DNA of 64,000 bases from Octopus sinensis (GCF_006345805.1 NC_043013.1:15066001-15130000); one strand, 5' to 3'. Shown: positions 1-13,691, counted from the first letter of the stretch. Numbers and translations are program-made. The notes: a model not told the origin generated them from the sequence alone.

Positions 1-132
1 CTCTTTACATTCTGAGTTTAAATGCCACCAAAACCAAGTTTGTCTTTCCTTTCAGGAGGTAACTACATAAAGTACCAGTCAAGAACTGAGGTCAATATAA
101 TCAGCCAATTGCTGACTTTCTACCAAAATTTG

Positions 133-163
<31 letters not shown>

Positions 164-167
164 TATA

Positions 168-450
168 GGAAAACTCACAGCTTATTTTGCTGGGTATGAT
201 GGGACATATCAGCTGTCCACAGCCAGCAGACCAAGATGACACTTGTTTATTGATCATGCTTCAAGAACCCTGTGAAGAATTCTTGCAGTTCCAAGCAATG
301 CTGAATTTTGTAGGTGTTCTACCTTCACACTTGCACTAATTCTTTTTCAGCCATGTTGGTAGTTGAGTGCTGATACTTCCAAGTGCACCAATTACTATTG
401 GTATCACGTCTACTCTCCTCATTGACCACAACCTCCGTATTTTCCACATC
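168..450 (-). mobile_element. R4/Dong-like non-LTR retrotransposon 3' fragment
   Basis: Encodes IRRLWSMRRVDVIPIVIGALGSI, the C-terminal motif of RLE-type LINEs; 3' end abuts (TAA)n at about 141-167. Confidence 0.7.
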
Positions 451-539
451 ATCATCATCATTATTATTATTTCATATATACACAAAAGATTAGACAGTTT
501 GAAAAAAATTCTTACCATTGGGCTACAATAACTAACCTT

Positions 540-790
540 AGATGCCAAGAACCTTCCTAAGTATTGTAGCTGTCCCTAACAACAGTTTTCTGGAGCTGCA
601 CTAAACTTGGTCTTATGCCTATTTCATTCTACCCATTCACTGAAATCTTTAGGAATAGTTCCTAATGCACCTATAACAACAGGTATATATTTTACTTGCA
701 CTTTCCATGGCCTCTGTAACTCAATGGCTAGGTCCTTCAGAATTTCCTAAAATTTCTTCACAGCAATGAAACACCAGGTAGACATCTATA
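540..790 (-). mobile_element. Second R4/Dong-like 3' fragment, in tandem with the first
   Basis: Minus strand gives DLAIELQRPWKVQVKYIPVVIGALGTIPK. Confidence 0.65.
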
Positions 791-1147
791 ATCAACAATC
801 TGTGTGTGTGTGTCTGTGTGTGCACATGCATGCTTGTATACGAACAGTATTATTTTACTGAAGGTATTTGGGTTACTACTAATCTAGCATGTTTGTTTGT
901 TTATTTCTATTTTACAACACACATAATGAACAAGTGTCATGGTTTACAGGCTTAAAATAGACCAATAACTGGTTCACTGTATTTTTGACATGTATTAAGG
1001 ATTCTGTGTCATTGTATTTGTATTATATATGTAATATAAATGTTTTATAAATGTAGTAATTATATTATGTATTATGTACTTTATTGTATTTTCATATGCG
1101 TGTGACTCATGCACTGTGGAAAAATAATATTAATTATTATTATTATT

Positions 1148-1330
1148 AAGGTGGCAAGCTGGTAGTGGCATTTCCTGAATTTACATTCTGTGTTCAAATG
1201 CTACTAGGGTTGACTTTACCTTTCATCCTTTTGGGGGTCAGTAAAATAAGTACCATCTAAACACTGGGGTCAGTGTTATCAACTTACCTCCAGCCCTGAA
1301 ATTGCCGGTCTTATGCCAAAATTTGAAACC
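1148..1330 (+). mobile_element. SINE family A, long-tail subtype ending in (ATT)n (similar copies near 1-140, 1425-1640, 3130-3320, 32760-33170, 34115-34300)
   Basis: Same core as family A, with tail CCCCAAAATTGCTGGCCTTGTGCCAAAATTTGAAA plus (ATT)n. Confidence 0.75.
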
Positions 1331-1361
<31 letters not shown>

Positions 1362-2424
1362 TATTATTATTATAATTAATATTATTATTATTATTATTAG
1401 TGATAGTAGTAGTAATAGAAAGTTAACAAGCTGGCAGAATTGTTAGTGCATTGGACAAAAAGCTCAGCAACATTTCTTCTGGCTCTTGACAATCTGAGTT
1501 CAAATCCTATTGAATTCGACTTTACCTTTCAGCCTTTCAGGGTCAATAAGATAAAGCACCAGTTAAGTATTGAGATCAAAGTTATTTACTAATTCCCACT
1601 CTCAAAATTACTGGCCTAGTGCCTTAATTAGAAATCATCATCATAAGCACAATTATTATTATTATTAATAACCAAAATAACAAAAAACCCAAATACCCCA
1701 AAATAAATATGGCTATGTGAAATAAAATGCTTTTTTTTTTAAATATTTAAAAAAAATGGAAACAGTTTACTTGTGTGTGTGTGTGTGTTTGAGGAGATGG
1801 TGGGGGTCAATTTCTAAACAGTAATTCTTAAATAGTTAACAATGAAATAACTTACAGCAAAATAATTCAGACTGTTGAGGAAAAAGAGTTGGGGGTGGGG
1901 TTTAAAAAAATGAAAATCAATTTTCTTCTTGATTGAATTCATTATCTGTTAGTTCAAGCATTACGGGGAACAAATGCTAGAAATCAGAGGTCGCAGTTCC
2001 ACCTTGAAACATGAAATTTGCTCAAGTACATTGCTGAGGTGGGGATGACAGAGGGTGGATTCTTCTGCAGGTGATTATTGCTACCAATGCCAGGCAAGAA
2101 ATACAACAAAACAATGGAATAAAATAAATATCAAAACGGTATGGCGGTTAAATTATTCAATACTGTTTGTCTCACCAATTTTCATGCATTATTAAAACAA
2201 ACAAAACTAAAAAAAAAAATTTTTTAAAAAACCAAAATAGTTTAATCATCAACAGTCATTCTATTAACATGGAATTTGAGGGTTTTATAACAATGGAATG
2301 GTTCTTTTTGATTTAATAGAGAAAGTAACTGATATATGTCTTTCTTTGACCAAAGACTATGAAGAATATGAAAAGAAAAGGAAGGGAAAAAAATATGAAG
2401 AACAAGTAAAAGAAGAATGCTGCT

Positions 2425-2623
2425 TTATTTCGGGCAGCAAGGATTATCAACCATAAGAACAACATCAATACCATAATGTTCAACAAGTTCCATGAGGAAG
2501 ATACGATCACCAATAGGGTCAAGTCCCATTAATTTCATGTGGTCAGATGTCAACTGTCGATCCTGCGACGATGAAACATCTAACAAGGTTTGGAACAAAC
2601 GATTGTTTTGTTCACAAAAAAAC
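2425..2623 (-). CDS. DENND11: DENND11 exon 9, terminal ([21 protein letters not shown]...DNPCCPK*)
   Basis: Acceptor tttttcag, TAA at 2425-2427; strong match to the family C-terminus. Confidence 0.96.
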
Positions 2624-2736
2624 CTGAAAAATAAAAATGATAAATATATAAATAAATGAATAGATTTAAGAACTTGTCGCCAGAAATTAGTAATTAAGCT
2701 CAAATACACTGAAGACTTACATAACTGTAGTCAATA

Positions 2737-3109
2737 CTAGCAATATCGCCCGGCGTTGCTCGGGTTTGTTTCAACCCTTTAGACTTGAAATTTTTGAAAA
2801 GTAAAAATTTTGCATTATGTAGCTTGTTATTCTCTTTAAGTGAACATTTTTCTGGTTGAAATACACTGAAAAATGGCAACACAGCAGTAAAAAAATCGTA
2901 AAAAATAGGGATTTTCATAGGAAAAAATCACCTTTATGATGTAAATAATTTTTGGTGTTAACATGGTCTGATCTGAATTTTTTCTCCTACAGAAGGAAGA
3001 GCAAGCCTTCTTCTATCATACTCTCAATTTTGGTCAACTTGTGCTGCAGTGTTAGTTGAAGGCTACCAAACCTGCCACACACAGACAACTTCAGCTTTAT
3101 ATATATAGA
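2737..3109 (-). mobile_element. Non-autonomous Helitron (about 373 bp) in the last DENND11 intron
   Basis: 5' TCTATATATATAAAG; 3' hairpin CCCGAGCAACGCCGGG followed by ...TTGCTAG|T. Confidence 0.8.
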
Positions 3110-3786
3110 GAAATTACAACATTACTAAGGCAGTGAGCTGGCAGAATTGTTAGCACACTGGGCAAAATGCTTAGTGGCATTTCATTCATCTTTATGTTCT
3201 GAGTTCAAATTCCGCTGAAGTCAACTGTACCTTTTATCCTAGTACCAGTTGATCACTGGGGGCGATGTAATCGACAAACCCCTTCCCCCAAAATTGCTGA
3301 CCTTGTGTGCCAAAATTTGAAAGCAACATTACAACATTACTATTTAGCCTTAATTAGAAATCTGTTCCAATGCTCCCCTCCCCCATTTGTGATGATTCTT
3401 CCCACCCACCCATCCATCTCTTTCAATTATACATTATCAGCTTACCCTAGATAAAGCAATAGGTAGATTATACTTGTATTCTGAGGTTAAATATGGGTAA
3501 CAGAACCTGAAACATTTTAATTAGATTTTCCTGACAACCTCTACCTCTAGAACAACAATATCAATAGTAATAATACCGGTAGAAAGCCTTTAAAATGTTT
3601 TGAGTATATCCTATGTACCTCAAACCATGTTTTTAATGTAAAGCCATTGTTATTCAATATGAGGTTACTTATACCCAATCCTTAATGTTACTAGAAACAG
3701 AGTCACTAAGTTATCAACAAAGTGACTCCTTATCCCCATCATCATCATCATGTAATGTCTGTTTTCCACGCTGGCATGGGTTGGAT

Positions 3787-4017
3787 GGCGGTGAGCCAGC
3801 AGAATCGTTAGCACGCCGGGTGAAATACTCAGCAGTATTTCGTCTGTCGCTACGTTCTGAGTTCAAATTCCGCCTAGGCCGACTTTGCCTTTCATCCTTT
3901 CAGGGTTGATTAAATAAGTACCAGTTATGCACTGGGGTCGATATAATCGACTTAATCCGTTTGTCTGTCCTTGTTTGTCCTCTCTGTGTTTAGCCCCTTG
4001 AGGGTAGTAAAGAAATA
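3787..4017 (+). mobile_element. SINE family A, short-tail subtype (other solo copies on the minus strand: 7323-7519, 9799-10008, 25570-25802, 46102-46333)
   Basis: Shared head GGCGAGCTGGCAGAA, B-box-like GAGTTCAAATTCC, core CCTTTCATCCTTTCGGGGTCGATAAA and end GTAGTAAAGAAATA. TSDs visible at several copies. Confidence 0.85.
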
Positions 4018-5064
4018 GGTTTGGATAGAGCTGGCAAGATAAAGAGCTGCACCAAGTTCCAGCTGTTTGGACATGGTTTCTACAGCTGGATGACATTCTT
4101 AATGCCAACCACTTTGCAGAGTGTATGGAGTACTTTTAAGTGGTACCAGCAGAGGTGCTTTCTACATGACCCAGGAACAGATACCTTTTACATGGCACTG
4201 GCATTTGCTTTTTACATAGCACTTTGTCTATGTAAAAATATGCAATTAAAGAGTCTCTTTACAGTTATTTTGAGGGTCATTATTTAGAATGCCCTAATCC
4301 CATACACATTTTCATTGATATAAACTTTAGCAAGCTTCAACTCAGCTGATGGATCTAGGGTTTATTGTAGTTTCCATAATGTCCAGGGAGTAATAGTTGA
4401 TTACTACAAGTTTATTAAACTGAATTTAAAGCTAAAAGATACTATATTACACCAAATATCTGGCAAGCTAAACAGGGAATCTCTTCATTTGCAAGCAATC
4501 TTTTATCTTAAAAAAAGGACACAGCTGGAGACATTTTTTAACATAGTTCAGTTTGGATCAGTGTTGATCTACACATCCTGTTGTTTTCTAGTGTCAGAAA
4601 ATAACAGGATGTGTTTTTACTCAATCTGATTGTTGATTAGTTGATTTATTGATTTTGGAAGAACTGAGATAAACTAAGGAGATTTGTCTTAATACTTCCT
4701 TTTTCTTATCAATATAAATACTAATTCTGGTGTTCTGATCCCTGTATTAACTTGCACACTTTCACATTAAGGAAACAATAAAAGAAACTACTTCATAAGG
4801 AAACACACACACACAAAGGCATTTTATTCTCAACAGTCCAGTTCAGCTAGGCATAACAAGGGAAAGATTACTATTATCATCACCATAATCGGTTAATGTC
4901 TGTTTTCCCTGTTGACATGGGTCAGATGTTTTGACAGGATTTAATGAGCCACAGGGCTGCATCATGCCACAACATCAACTTTCACAGGATTTCTATAGCT
5001 GGATGCTCTTCCTAAGATAACCAGCGTAAGAAGGAAAGATTGGGTCTCAAAATTTGGGGATGTT

Positions 5065-5112
<48 letters not shown>

Positions 5113-5234
5113 TGATGATATGACAAATGGGAATGTGCTACTGTATGACACACCTGTCCAACTGTCAACTTGAAGTATCAAACAATAAAACAACGATGAC
5201 AATAAGAAGACACGAAAATACCGAGTATGAAGGC

Positions 5235-5390
5235 ACAGGCATGGCTGTGTGGTAAGGAGTTTGCTTCTCAACTATACAGTTCTGGGTTCAATTCCACTGC
5301 AAGTGTCTTCTACTATAGCCCCAGGTTGACCAAAGATTTCTGAATGGATTTGGCAGGTAGAAACTAAAAGAAGCCTGTTGTATATGTGTA
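5235..5390 (+). mobile_element. SINE family B, tRNA-like head (other copies near 7260-7620, 12650-12840, 13690-13910, 22738-22820, 25270-25440, 49870-50030)
   Basis: GGCATGGCTGTGTGGTAAG A-box-like and GGGTTCAGTCCC B-box-like motifs; shared tail GGATTTGGTAGACGGAAACTG. Confidence 0.75.
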
Positions 5391-6314
5391 TCATCATCAT
5401 CATCATAAATGTCTGTTTTTCCATGATGGCATGGATTGAATGGCTTGACAGGATCTGGCAAACCAGAGGACTGAACTAACCTCTACTGTCTATGTATGTA
5501 TGTGTGTGTTTGTCCCCCCCCTCCACCACCACCACCAACAACCGTTGTTGGCTTGTTTATGTTCCATAATTTAGAGGTTCCGCAAAAGAAAATGATGCAA
5601 TAAGTACCAGTTTTTTTTTAAAAAAACGTATTGGGATCAATTTGTTTGACTAAACACTTCAAGGTGGTGCCCCAGCTGTGCCACAGTTCAATGACTGAAA
5701 CAAGTAAACGATAAAAAAAAAGACAATTCTCTGATTTGGTTGTATGCCAGTTCAGTTGAAATCTTTTCTTGAGAAAAACTTTAAAGCACAGCATTCCTGT
5801 CCAGAAGGAAGCAAAAGACAAAAGGAGAGAAGAGAAGAGAAAGGGAAAGAGATGCCTTTCAATGGCTGAATCTGACACATGAAAGTTGAGGTATATATAG
5901 ATATAGATACTTTAGTGAATCTCACATATTACTAGAAATTGCGATGAAAACCCCAGTTTTAATTACAGTTAATTACATCAGTATCACCCAACAATCTACT
6001 TCAATGTATCCACTGTTGGACTTCTGGTTTATCAATCAATATTCTAGCTCCACGTAGACGAGTTTTAATTGATTCACTAGAAAATTAATTAATGATCTCT
6101 GAAACTAACAGAAATGAACAAAAATCAAACACACCTACCACTCATCCATACACACATCACATAAACAAATCCATCCATCCATATATACATACATACATCA
6201 TTGTAGAATGTAAGATAAAAGTACAAGTTCTACCTCTCTATACACCTCATTAAGTATATATTTAAAACAAGGTAAAAACCTAAAAGAAATATGCATAAAC
6301 GAATAAAAGCTTAT

Positions 6315-6346
<32 letters not shown>

Positions 6347-6477
6347 CAGCTGATACTACTCCCCCTTTCTATGTGGAAGGCAAGGGAGGAGAAAAGATAT
6401 ATATAGTAAAGGGGTAAAGCAAAAAAAAAAAATCAATGTCTGCTGACTAGAAGTGGAGGCTAAGCAGACCTTTCCAG

Positions 6478-6480
<3 letters not shown>

Positions 6481-6541
<61 letters not shown>

Positions 6542-6678
6542 ACAAACACACACACATATAAATATATATAATTGATGAAGGATGTATACACATATTTACA
6601 TATATATATATGTGTATGTTTGTATATGTATGTGTGTGTATGTATATATATATATAATGCATGCTTATGTGTGCATGC

Positions 6679-6720
<42 letters not shown>
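6481..6720. repeat. (TA)n / (TG)n microsatellite cluster
   Basis: Pure (TA)n at 6481-6538 and (TG)n at about 6680-6718. Confidence 0.95.
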
Positions 6721-6721
<1 letters not shown>

Positions 6722-8707
6722 GGTAATTTTATTTTGTCAACACTGACTGACTACTTCACTCCCCCATCACACCACCTGTTCATCCCTCCGCACCCAGTCA
6801 TGCCCACCACCATAACAACACCCACCCAGCACCCGTCCTGTGTTTTGCTTACTACTTTTTCCTTCTTAATCAGGAAGATAATCAATAAGATAAATATGGA
6901 ATATATGATGGAATGAAAGAAAAGAACAACAAAAATTACAATGATAATAATAATAATAATAATAATAATAATAGAACTGTGATAGAAGTACTAAGAGAAT
7001 ACAAGAAATAATAAAAGCTATGAAGCAGTTGGCTGATAAGAGGCTGTTACTATGGCAGCAAACACATTCTTTGACATTGGGTTTTAGTAGCCAGAACTAA
7101 ATGGCTTTGTTAGAGAATAACTACAGAATATGTTGTGAGTTAGGGTAGGTCACTACAATACATCACAACAAGGACATCATAAACAATGATGATAAATAAG
7201 GTTATATAGCACTATGACCATATGACTGAACTAGCTGACAAATCTCCCTAAAATCTTACCACCTTCACTGCTTTTGCTTTGGCAACATGTTGATTTCAGG
7301 TTCAGTCCCACTGTACAATACCTATTTCTTTACTACCCACAAGGGGCTAAACAAGGACAGATAAAGTTGATTACATCAACCCCAGTGCATAACTGGTACT
7401 TAATTTATCGACCCAGAAAGGAGGAAAGGCAAGTCGACCTTGGCGGAATTTGAACTCAGAACGTAACGGCAGACGAAACGCATTTCGCCCAGCATGCTAA
7501 CGTTTCTGCCAGCTCGCCACCCACTGTACAATACCTTGGGTAAGTGTTTTCTACTTTATCCCTGAACTGACCAATGCCTTGTGGGTGTATTTGGTAGATG
7601 GAAACTGTGTAGAAGCCTGTCTTTTTATATATTCTTTTATCTTTTATCTTTTGTTTCAGTCATTTGACTGTGACCATGCTGGGGTACCACCTTGAAAGGT
7701 TTTAGTTGAACAAATCAATTCCAGGACCTTTTTTTTTAATGTAGTGCTTATTCTACTGGTCTTTTTCCTCATCATCATCCTCATCATCATTTAACGTCCG
7801 TTTTCCATGCTGGTATGGGTTAGATGGTTTGACATGAGCTGGCCATCTGAAGAGCTGCCCAGGCTCCATGTCTGTTTTGGCATGGTTTCCACAGCTGGAT
7901 GCCCTTTCTAATACCAACCACTTTACAGAGTGTACTGGGTGCTTTTATGCAGCACCAGCATGGGTGCTTTTTATGTGGCACCAGCACCCATGAACTTGCA
8001 AGATTAGGATTGCTCAGCTGAGGGGTATGCAGGGGACATGCCTGTATGCAAGGACAACCACAATCCCACTTTGCTTGACATGTTTTCTCAAGCACAGCAA
8101 ACCACCAGAGGTCTAGATCCTTATCATCCTCTCTGTGAGGCCCAATATCTTAAGATCCTTTCTCACCACTTTGGCTCATGTCTCCCAGGATCTACCCCTT
8201 CCACATGTTCCCTCTACAATTGGACAGCAGCACTTCTTGATGATGCAAAGGCCAAGGTGGTCACAAGTGGAATGTTTATGATCAAAGGTTTGCTTCATCA
8301 AAGCTGACTTAAGGCTAGATGACAACATCTCTTGATGGGAGCCAACAAGGTAGCTTTTATGTAGTTGCTTGAGCGGTTAGAAATAGCAGCCAAATGTACT
8401 TTAAATCACACCTCACTGCTTTTAAAGAAGAAGTACACATTGGATAATGTGATTCTATATATAACATAAAGAAAGACACGATGGTCATGGCCGGAATGTC
8501 TGACTTTAGGTCTGCTGCCTTAGGCCTGACCTGTGATGAAACAATAACAACAACCTTGACAGCATATCTCAATTTCACAAACACACACATAAATACTGCC
8601 ACAACCCAAGAATCCAAGAACCCACAAACATACACACACACACACAACATCAGAGCAAATCAAATAATTATGGTAAAAACAAGAACAAAAATAGACATTC
8701 TACATAC

Positions 8708-8776
8708 GTTGTAAACAATTCTTCTTCATCCATTGACTGCTCCCCAAGTTCTTCTACAGAAAATAAATGTGCAGAT
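8708..8776 (-). CDS. DENND11: DENND11 exon 8 (SAHLFSVEELGEQSMDEEELFTT)
   Basis: Acceptor ttttctcttatag, donor GTATGT, 69 nt, phase 2->2. Acidic segment at the position expected between exons 7 and 9. Confidence 0.88.
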
Positions 8777-9130
8777 CTATAAGAGAAAACAAAAACACTT
8801 ATAATTATTACGTGTGTGTGTGTGTTGACATCATAAGAATTTTATAAACTTCTGAGTAAATATGAATGTTTTTTTAATTTTCTTTTTTTGATATTTGTTT
8901 TTGAAGCACATCACATGCAGCTTTAAAGAATAGCATGTAAAAAATTGGGTTGAAAAATCCTTCTGGACAGAAAATTGTGAGGGCAGCCTTAAATAGAAGG
9001 AATAAATAAATGAGTAGAAATTGAACTTGTGTATTAAGGCACTGTGATTCTTCCCAGACATAACAAAATTTGTTTCAACACACAAATTCACACAAGGCAT
9101 CTTGCAAACCAGACCGGATACAAAAACTAA

Positions 9131-9182
<52 letters not shown>

Positions 9183-9395
9183 TGGCCTGCTTGCTTAGCC
9201 AGTGGGGTGGCGTCATTTGAAGGCTAAAACAATGCAAACGCATTGTGACCAGCGATGTGTAGCAAAATCTGATGGTCTGGTCGGTCACGTGATCATGTGA
9301 TATATATATATATATATATATACATATATACACACACATACATACATACACACACACACACACAAATAAATATATATATATATATATATATAAAA

Positions 9396-9437
<42 letters not shown>

Positions 9438-10582
9438 ATACATCACATTGATAAAATACAGAAAATATATATAGTATTTTATGTTATATAAAACATACAT
9501 CTTTCAGCAAATTACAGCCTGGATTACATAACCAGTTGTTGAAACATTATATAATCTTGTTAATTCAAGTTATTATATGGCTCATGTTCTGCAGAGAAGC
9601 CTATCCCATAGTTTGATGCTCTGCATCATACGGCACTGGATATAGGAATCAAGTGTGTGATCTACTACTAAGCTCAAACCTTGGTTATGCATCATGCTTC
9701 ACATTGTACAGACAGACAGAGTTGGGCAGATGGATGGCTTGGCGGACGGAGGGATGGATGGACAGACAGACAAACAGACAATGTCTACATGTGATACCTA
9801 TTTCTTTACTATCCACAAGGGGCTAAACACAGAGGGGACAAACAAGGACAGACAAGCGGATTAAGTCAATTACATTGACCCCATCTGAAAGGATGAAAGG
9901 CAAAGTCGACCTCGGCGGAATTTGAACTCAGAATGCAGTGGCAGATGAAATGCCACAAAGCATTTCACCCAGCATGCTAACGTTTCTGCCAGCTCACCGC
10001 CTTTGTGATACATGTGATACCACTGTGGTGGCCAGAAGTTTGGTACAAGGTTGTGCTGAAGAGAATATAAGAAGAATTCCAGCAACTTCACAGACACCTA
10101 AAGGCCCTGCAGCATAATGAATGGTACTGATTGCTGAAGCTTATAATTCTAGCCAATGAGGAGAAGCAACAGAAAGAATACAAAAGAGGATATGAGAGGT
10201 GTCACTTCTTTGTTGTGTCAAATAACTCCATCTGCTGCCGATGTCATCGCTGCTGTAGGTCAAGAACAGGCCTTGTAACCCACATGCAAGCTTGCCAGAC
10301 ATGATTTCTGAACAGAACGGTCAACGTGGACTTACAACGGACAGCTGCTACCACTGACTTGTGATGCACATGCACAGATACAAATATGCATATTTTTTGC
10401 TTACTTGAATATGTTTCTCTGTGAGAATACATATACATGTATAGCCAAGTGAACACACATACATATATCAATGGGCATTTATACATACATGTAGATAAGT
10501 TCCTGGTCACACACATGCACACCACACACAGAGTGTGTGTGTGTGTGTGTGTGTACATATGCGTCTATATTTTCAAGACTAG

Positions 10583-10826
10583 TCCGTGCCGGTGGCACGT
10601 AAAAAGCACCAACCAATCGTGGCCGTTGCCAGCCTCACCTGGCATCTGTGCCGGTGGCACGTAAAAAGCACCCACTACACTCACAGAGTGGTTGGCATTA
10701 GGAAAGGCATCCAGCTGTAGAAACACTGCCAGATCAGACTGGTGCTTGGTGCAGCTTCCCAGACCCTGGTCAAACCATCTAACCCATGCTAGCATGGAAA
10801 ACAGACGATGATGATGATGATGATGA
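10583..10826 (+). mobile_element. SINE family C with (GAT)n tail and internal GTGCCGGTGGCACGTAAAAAGCACC modules (others near 7770-7990, 12885-13210, 18720-18925, 28070-28400, 33715-34000, 41238-41535, 49532-49815, 53490-53925, 54600-54915)
   Basis: Many near-identical copies ending CCATGCTAGCATGGAAAGCGGACGTTAAACGATGATGAT. Confidence 0.85.
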
Positions 10827-11602
10827 TATGATCGACTATGCCATAAATATTTGATTCTCATTCCTTCAAAGAAATGATTCTCCAGCAATGTTCTCTCTTC
10901 TGACTTTTCTATCATCATTCTCTGATCAAACAAAAAAATACCACTGTCATCATTATCATCACTGGTCTTCTCCTCCTCCTCCTCCACCATCATCATCACC
11001 ACTACCGCTGCTACAACCACCACCACTATCATCATTACTGCCATCTTCACCATCATCATATTATCCTCAGCTGACTATCACAATTCTAGACCTAACAATA
11101 ATTATTTTTGATTTAGGTACAAAAAGATCAGTTTTGATACTTGATAACACTGATCCCAGTACATGACTGGTACTATATTTTATTGACCCCAGAGAGGTGA
11201 AAGGAAATGATTATCTTTTATATCTTTCACTTGATTCAGTCATTAGACTGCAACCATGCTGGGGCACCTTGAAGAATTTTTAGTCAAATGAATCGACCTC
11301 GGTACCTAAGCAGGATTTGAATTCAGAATGTACAAGACTGGAAAAAAGGCCTGATGCTCAAATGGTTCTGCCAAAACAATACCAGCACAAGTTGTTGGGT
11401 TTACTGTTTAGTCCCAGACCAGATCTAACAGGCCTACAGTGAAATGCATTACAGTAGTGATATGTGGGAAATATAGCAGCAATTTCTAGAAGGTTGGCTG
11501 ACCATATAGGGACCAATCTCTGAGTGAAGAAAGTGACAATTTTGGAAATGATGAAAAAAAACAACAATAACAAAGTTGGCTGTTCAACACTAATTAACTG
11601 AC

Positions 11603-11753
11603 CTTTGATTGTTCAATTTGGTAAATTTATCACGATCCCCATCACTAACTTTGAGCAGTTCCTTCAAGACTGGAGAGTTGGTTGTTACGTTTTGATTATT
11701 TACATAAACATCATACAGGTGGGTTTTACTTTCAAATATCTTCTCTGTTGTAC
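11603..11753 (-). CDS. DENND11: DENND11 exon 7 (CTTEKIFESKTHLYDVYVNNQNV...KFTKLNNQR)
   Basis: Acceptor cttgtcag, donor GTCAGT, 151 nt, phase 1->2; preceded by a 166-nt intron. Confidence 0.95.
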
Positions 11754-11919
11754 CTGACAAGAAGATAATATAATATTGAGTTGGGAAAACTCAGTGATTT
11801 GCAAGGGATTGAACTTGGATACAGGTAATATTCAAAAGTCAGTTAAACGATTAAAAGATATTTTAATGATATAAAATAAATGTAACAGACTGATGAAATA
11901 AATTCATTATCACACTTAC

Positions 11920-12045
11920 ATGCAATATATGCCACTTCAGTTTCTAAAGTTTCAATATCAGCAATATTTACATAGAAACGAGGAATCAGCTCTCGATTCA
12001 CAAGTCCCCTCATATCATGGTTACCAAGGCAACAAGCACAATACA
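11920..12045 (-). CDS. DENND11: DENND11 exon 6 (VYCACCLGNHDMRGLVNRELIPRFYVNIADIETLETEVAYIA)
   Basis: Acceptor cttttcag, donor GTAAGT, 126 nt, phase 1->1. Confidence 0.95.
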
Positions 12046-13289
12046 CTGAAAAGAAGATAAATATTAATTTCAGATTTTAGCACAAGTCTAGCAATTTTAG
12101 GAAAAGGGTTTCAACCCCAGCACTCAAATGGTACTTATTTTATTGATTCCAAAAGGATGAAAGGTAAAGTTGGCCTCAGTGGAATTTGAACCCGCAACAG
12201 TCAAGTCTACCTAGCTATATGTATCACAAAATGGAATAGTTCACTGTACTGTGTCCATGACCAAGACACCTCACTGATAACACTGCAGTCTACCTAGTCA
12301 TAATTAGGTGATAACACACCACAGTGTGTTATAATTAACTGAATTATGCCCATGATTAAGACATATAACGGTTAATAACCCAGTCTAGCAAGCTGTAAGG
12401 AGGTACCATATGATATAGTTATACATACTGTCTACAATTGCAATATTTACCTATCAACAGTCCAGTTTAACTAGCTGTAAGGAGACACCACTGTGATCTA
12501 GTTTGCTGTACTGCCCTTAGCTAACACATGTAACTGTCTACGGTTTGGTCTAGCATATTTTCTGTCCAAACAAGATCTCAAATAAGGACTTCTATAAAAG
12601 CATATACTGCAATAGAGTGGTCCAAGATGTCGAATCTTCATTGGATGGTCATACACACACACATATATACATAGGCTTCTCTCAGTTTCCATTCACCAAA
12701 TCGACTTACAAAGTTTTGGTCAGTCTTGGGCTATCATAAAAGACTCCATGGCCCAAGATAAAATGCCACTGAGTGGAACTAAACCTGAAGCCATGAGGTT
12801 GGGAAGCAAACTTCTCACCACACAGCCATGCCTGTGCTTATACACACCAATGCTTATTCCTATACACAGCCATATCTAAGCCTGTATCTAGCATGGGTTG
12901 GACGATTTGACTAAGGGCTAGCAAACCAGATGGTTGCACCAGGCTCCAGTCTTGATCTGGCAGAGTTTCTACAGCTGGATGCCCTTCCTAACACCAACCA
13001 CTCCGAGAGTGTAGTGGGTGCTTTTACGTGCCACCGGTATGGGAGCCAGTCAGGTGATACTGGCAACGACCTTGCTCGAATGTTTTTACACATGCCACTG
13101 GCACAAGTGCCAGTAAGGCGACACTGGTAATGATCACACTTGAATGGTGCCCTTTTACGTGCCACCGGCACGGAAGCCAGTTAGCTGCTCTGGCAATGAT
13201 CACGCTCGTTAAATCCCCACCTCTGCTATTATAAGACTGACATAAGGTAAAACAGTAAAACGAAAGATGTATTGAAATAAGTGTCTTAC

Positions 13290-13428
13290 CTCTATAGCAA
13301 ACAACACCAATTGGAGGGGGAGAAAAAAATAGTATCCTCTTCTGTAGGAGAGTGTATTTCCAGAGAATAAATATATTTTCTCCAAAGAATTTAATAAACT
13401 GAGAGAAACAACCAGCAGGATGGGTAAT
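13290..13428 (-). CDS. DENND11: DENND11 exon 5 ([46 protein letters not shown])
   Basis: Acceptor tttccag, donor GTAAGA, 139 nt, phase 0->1; lies inside ORF 13024..13497. Confidence 0.96.
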
Positions 13429-13691
13429 CTGGAAATGGACGGAAAGAAAGAAAGAAAATGGAGAAAATTTAGATAAAAAAGACATCATCATCATCATTTA
13501 ATATCAGCTTTTCCTGCTTTCATGGGTCAGACAGAATTTGTTGAGGTAGATTTTCTACAGCTAGATGTACAAAGGTACACCCACATGCTCACACACACAA
13601 ATACATACATGCACAGGCATACACACACATGTATGACAGGCTTCTTTCAGTTTCCACCTACCAAATCCACTCACAAAACTTTGGTAAGCTT

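Noticed and set aside
10565-11166. 164-aa and 92-aa ORFs with poly-V/E/H/P
   Set aside because: They derive from CAT/CAC/CCT triplet repeats plus a SINE.
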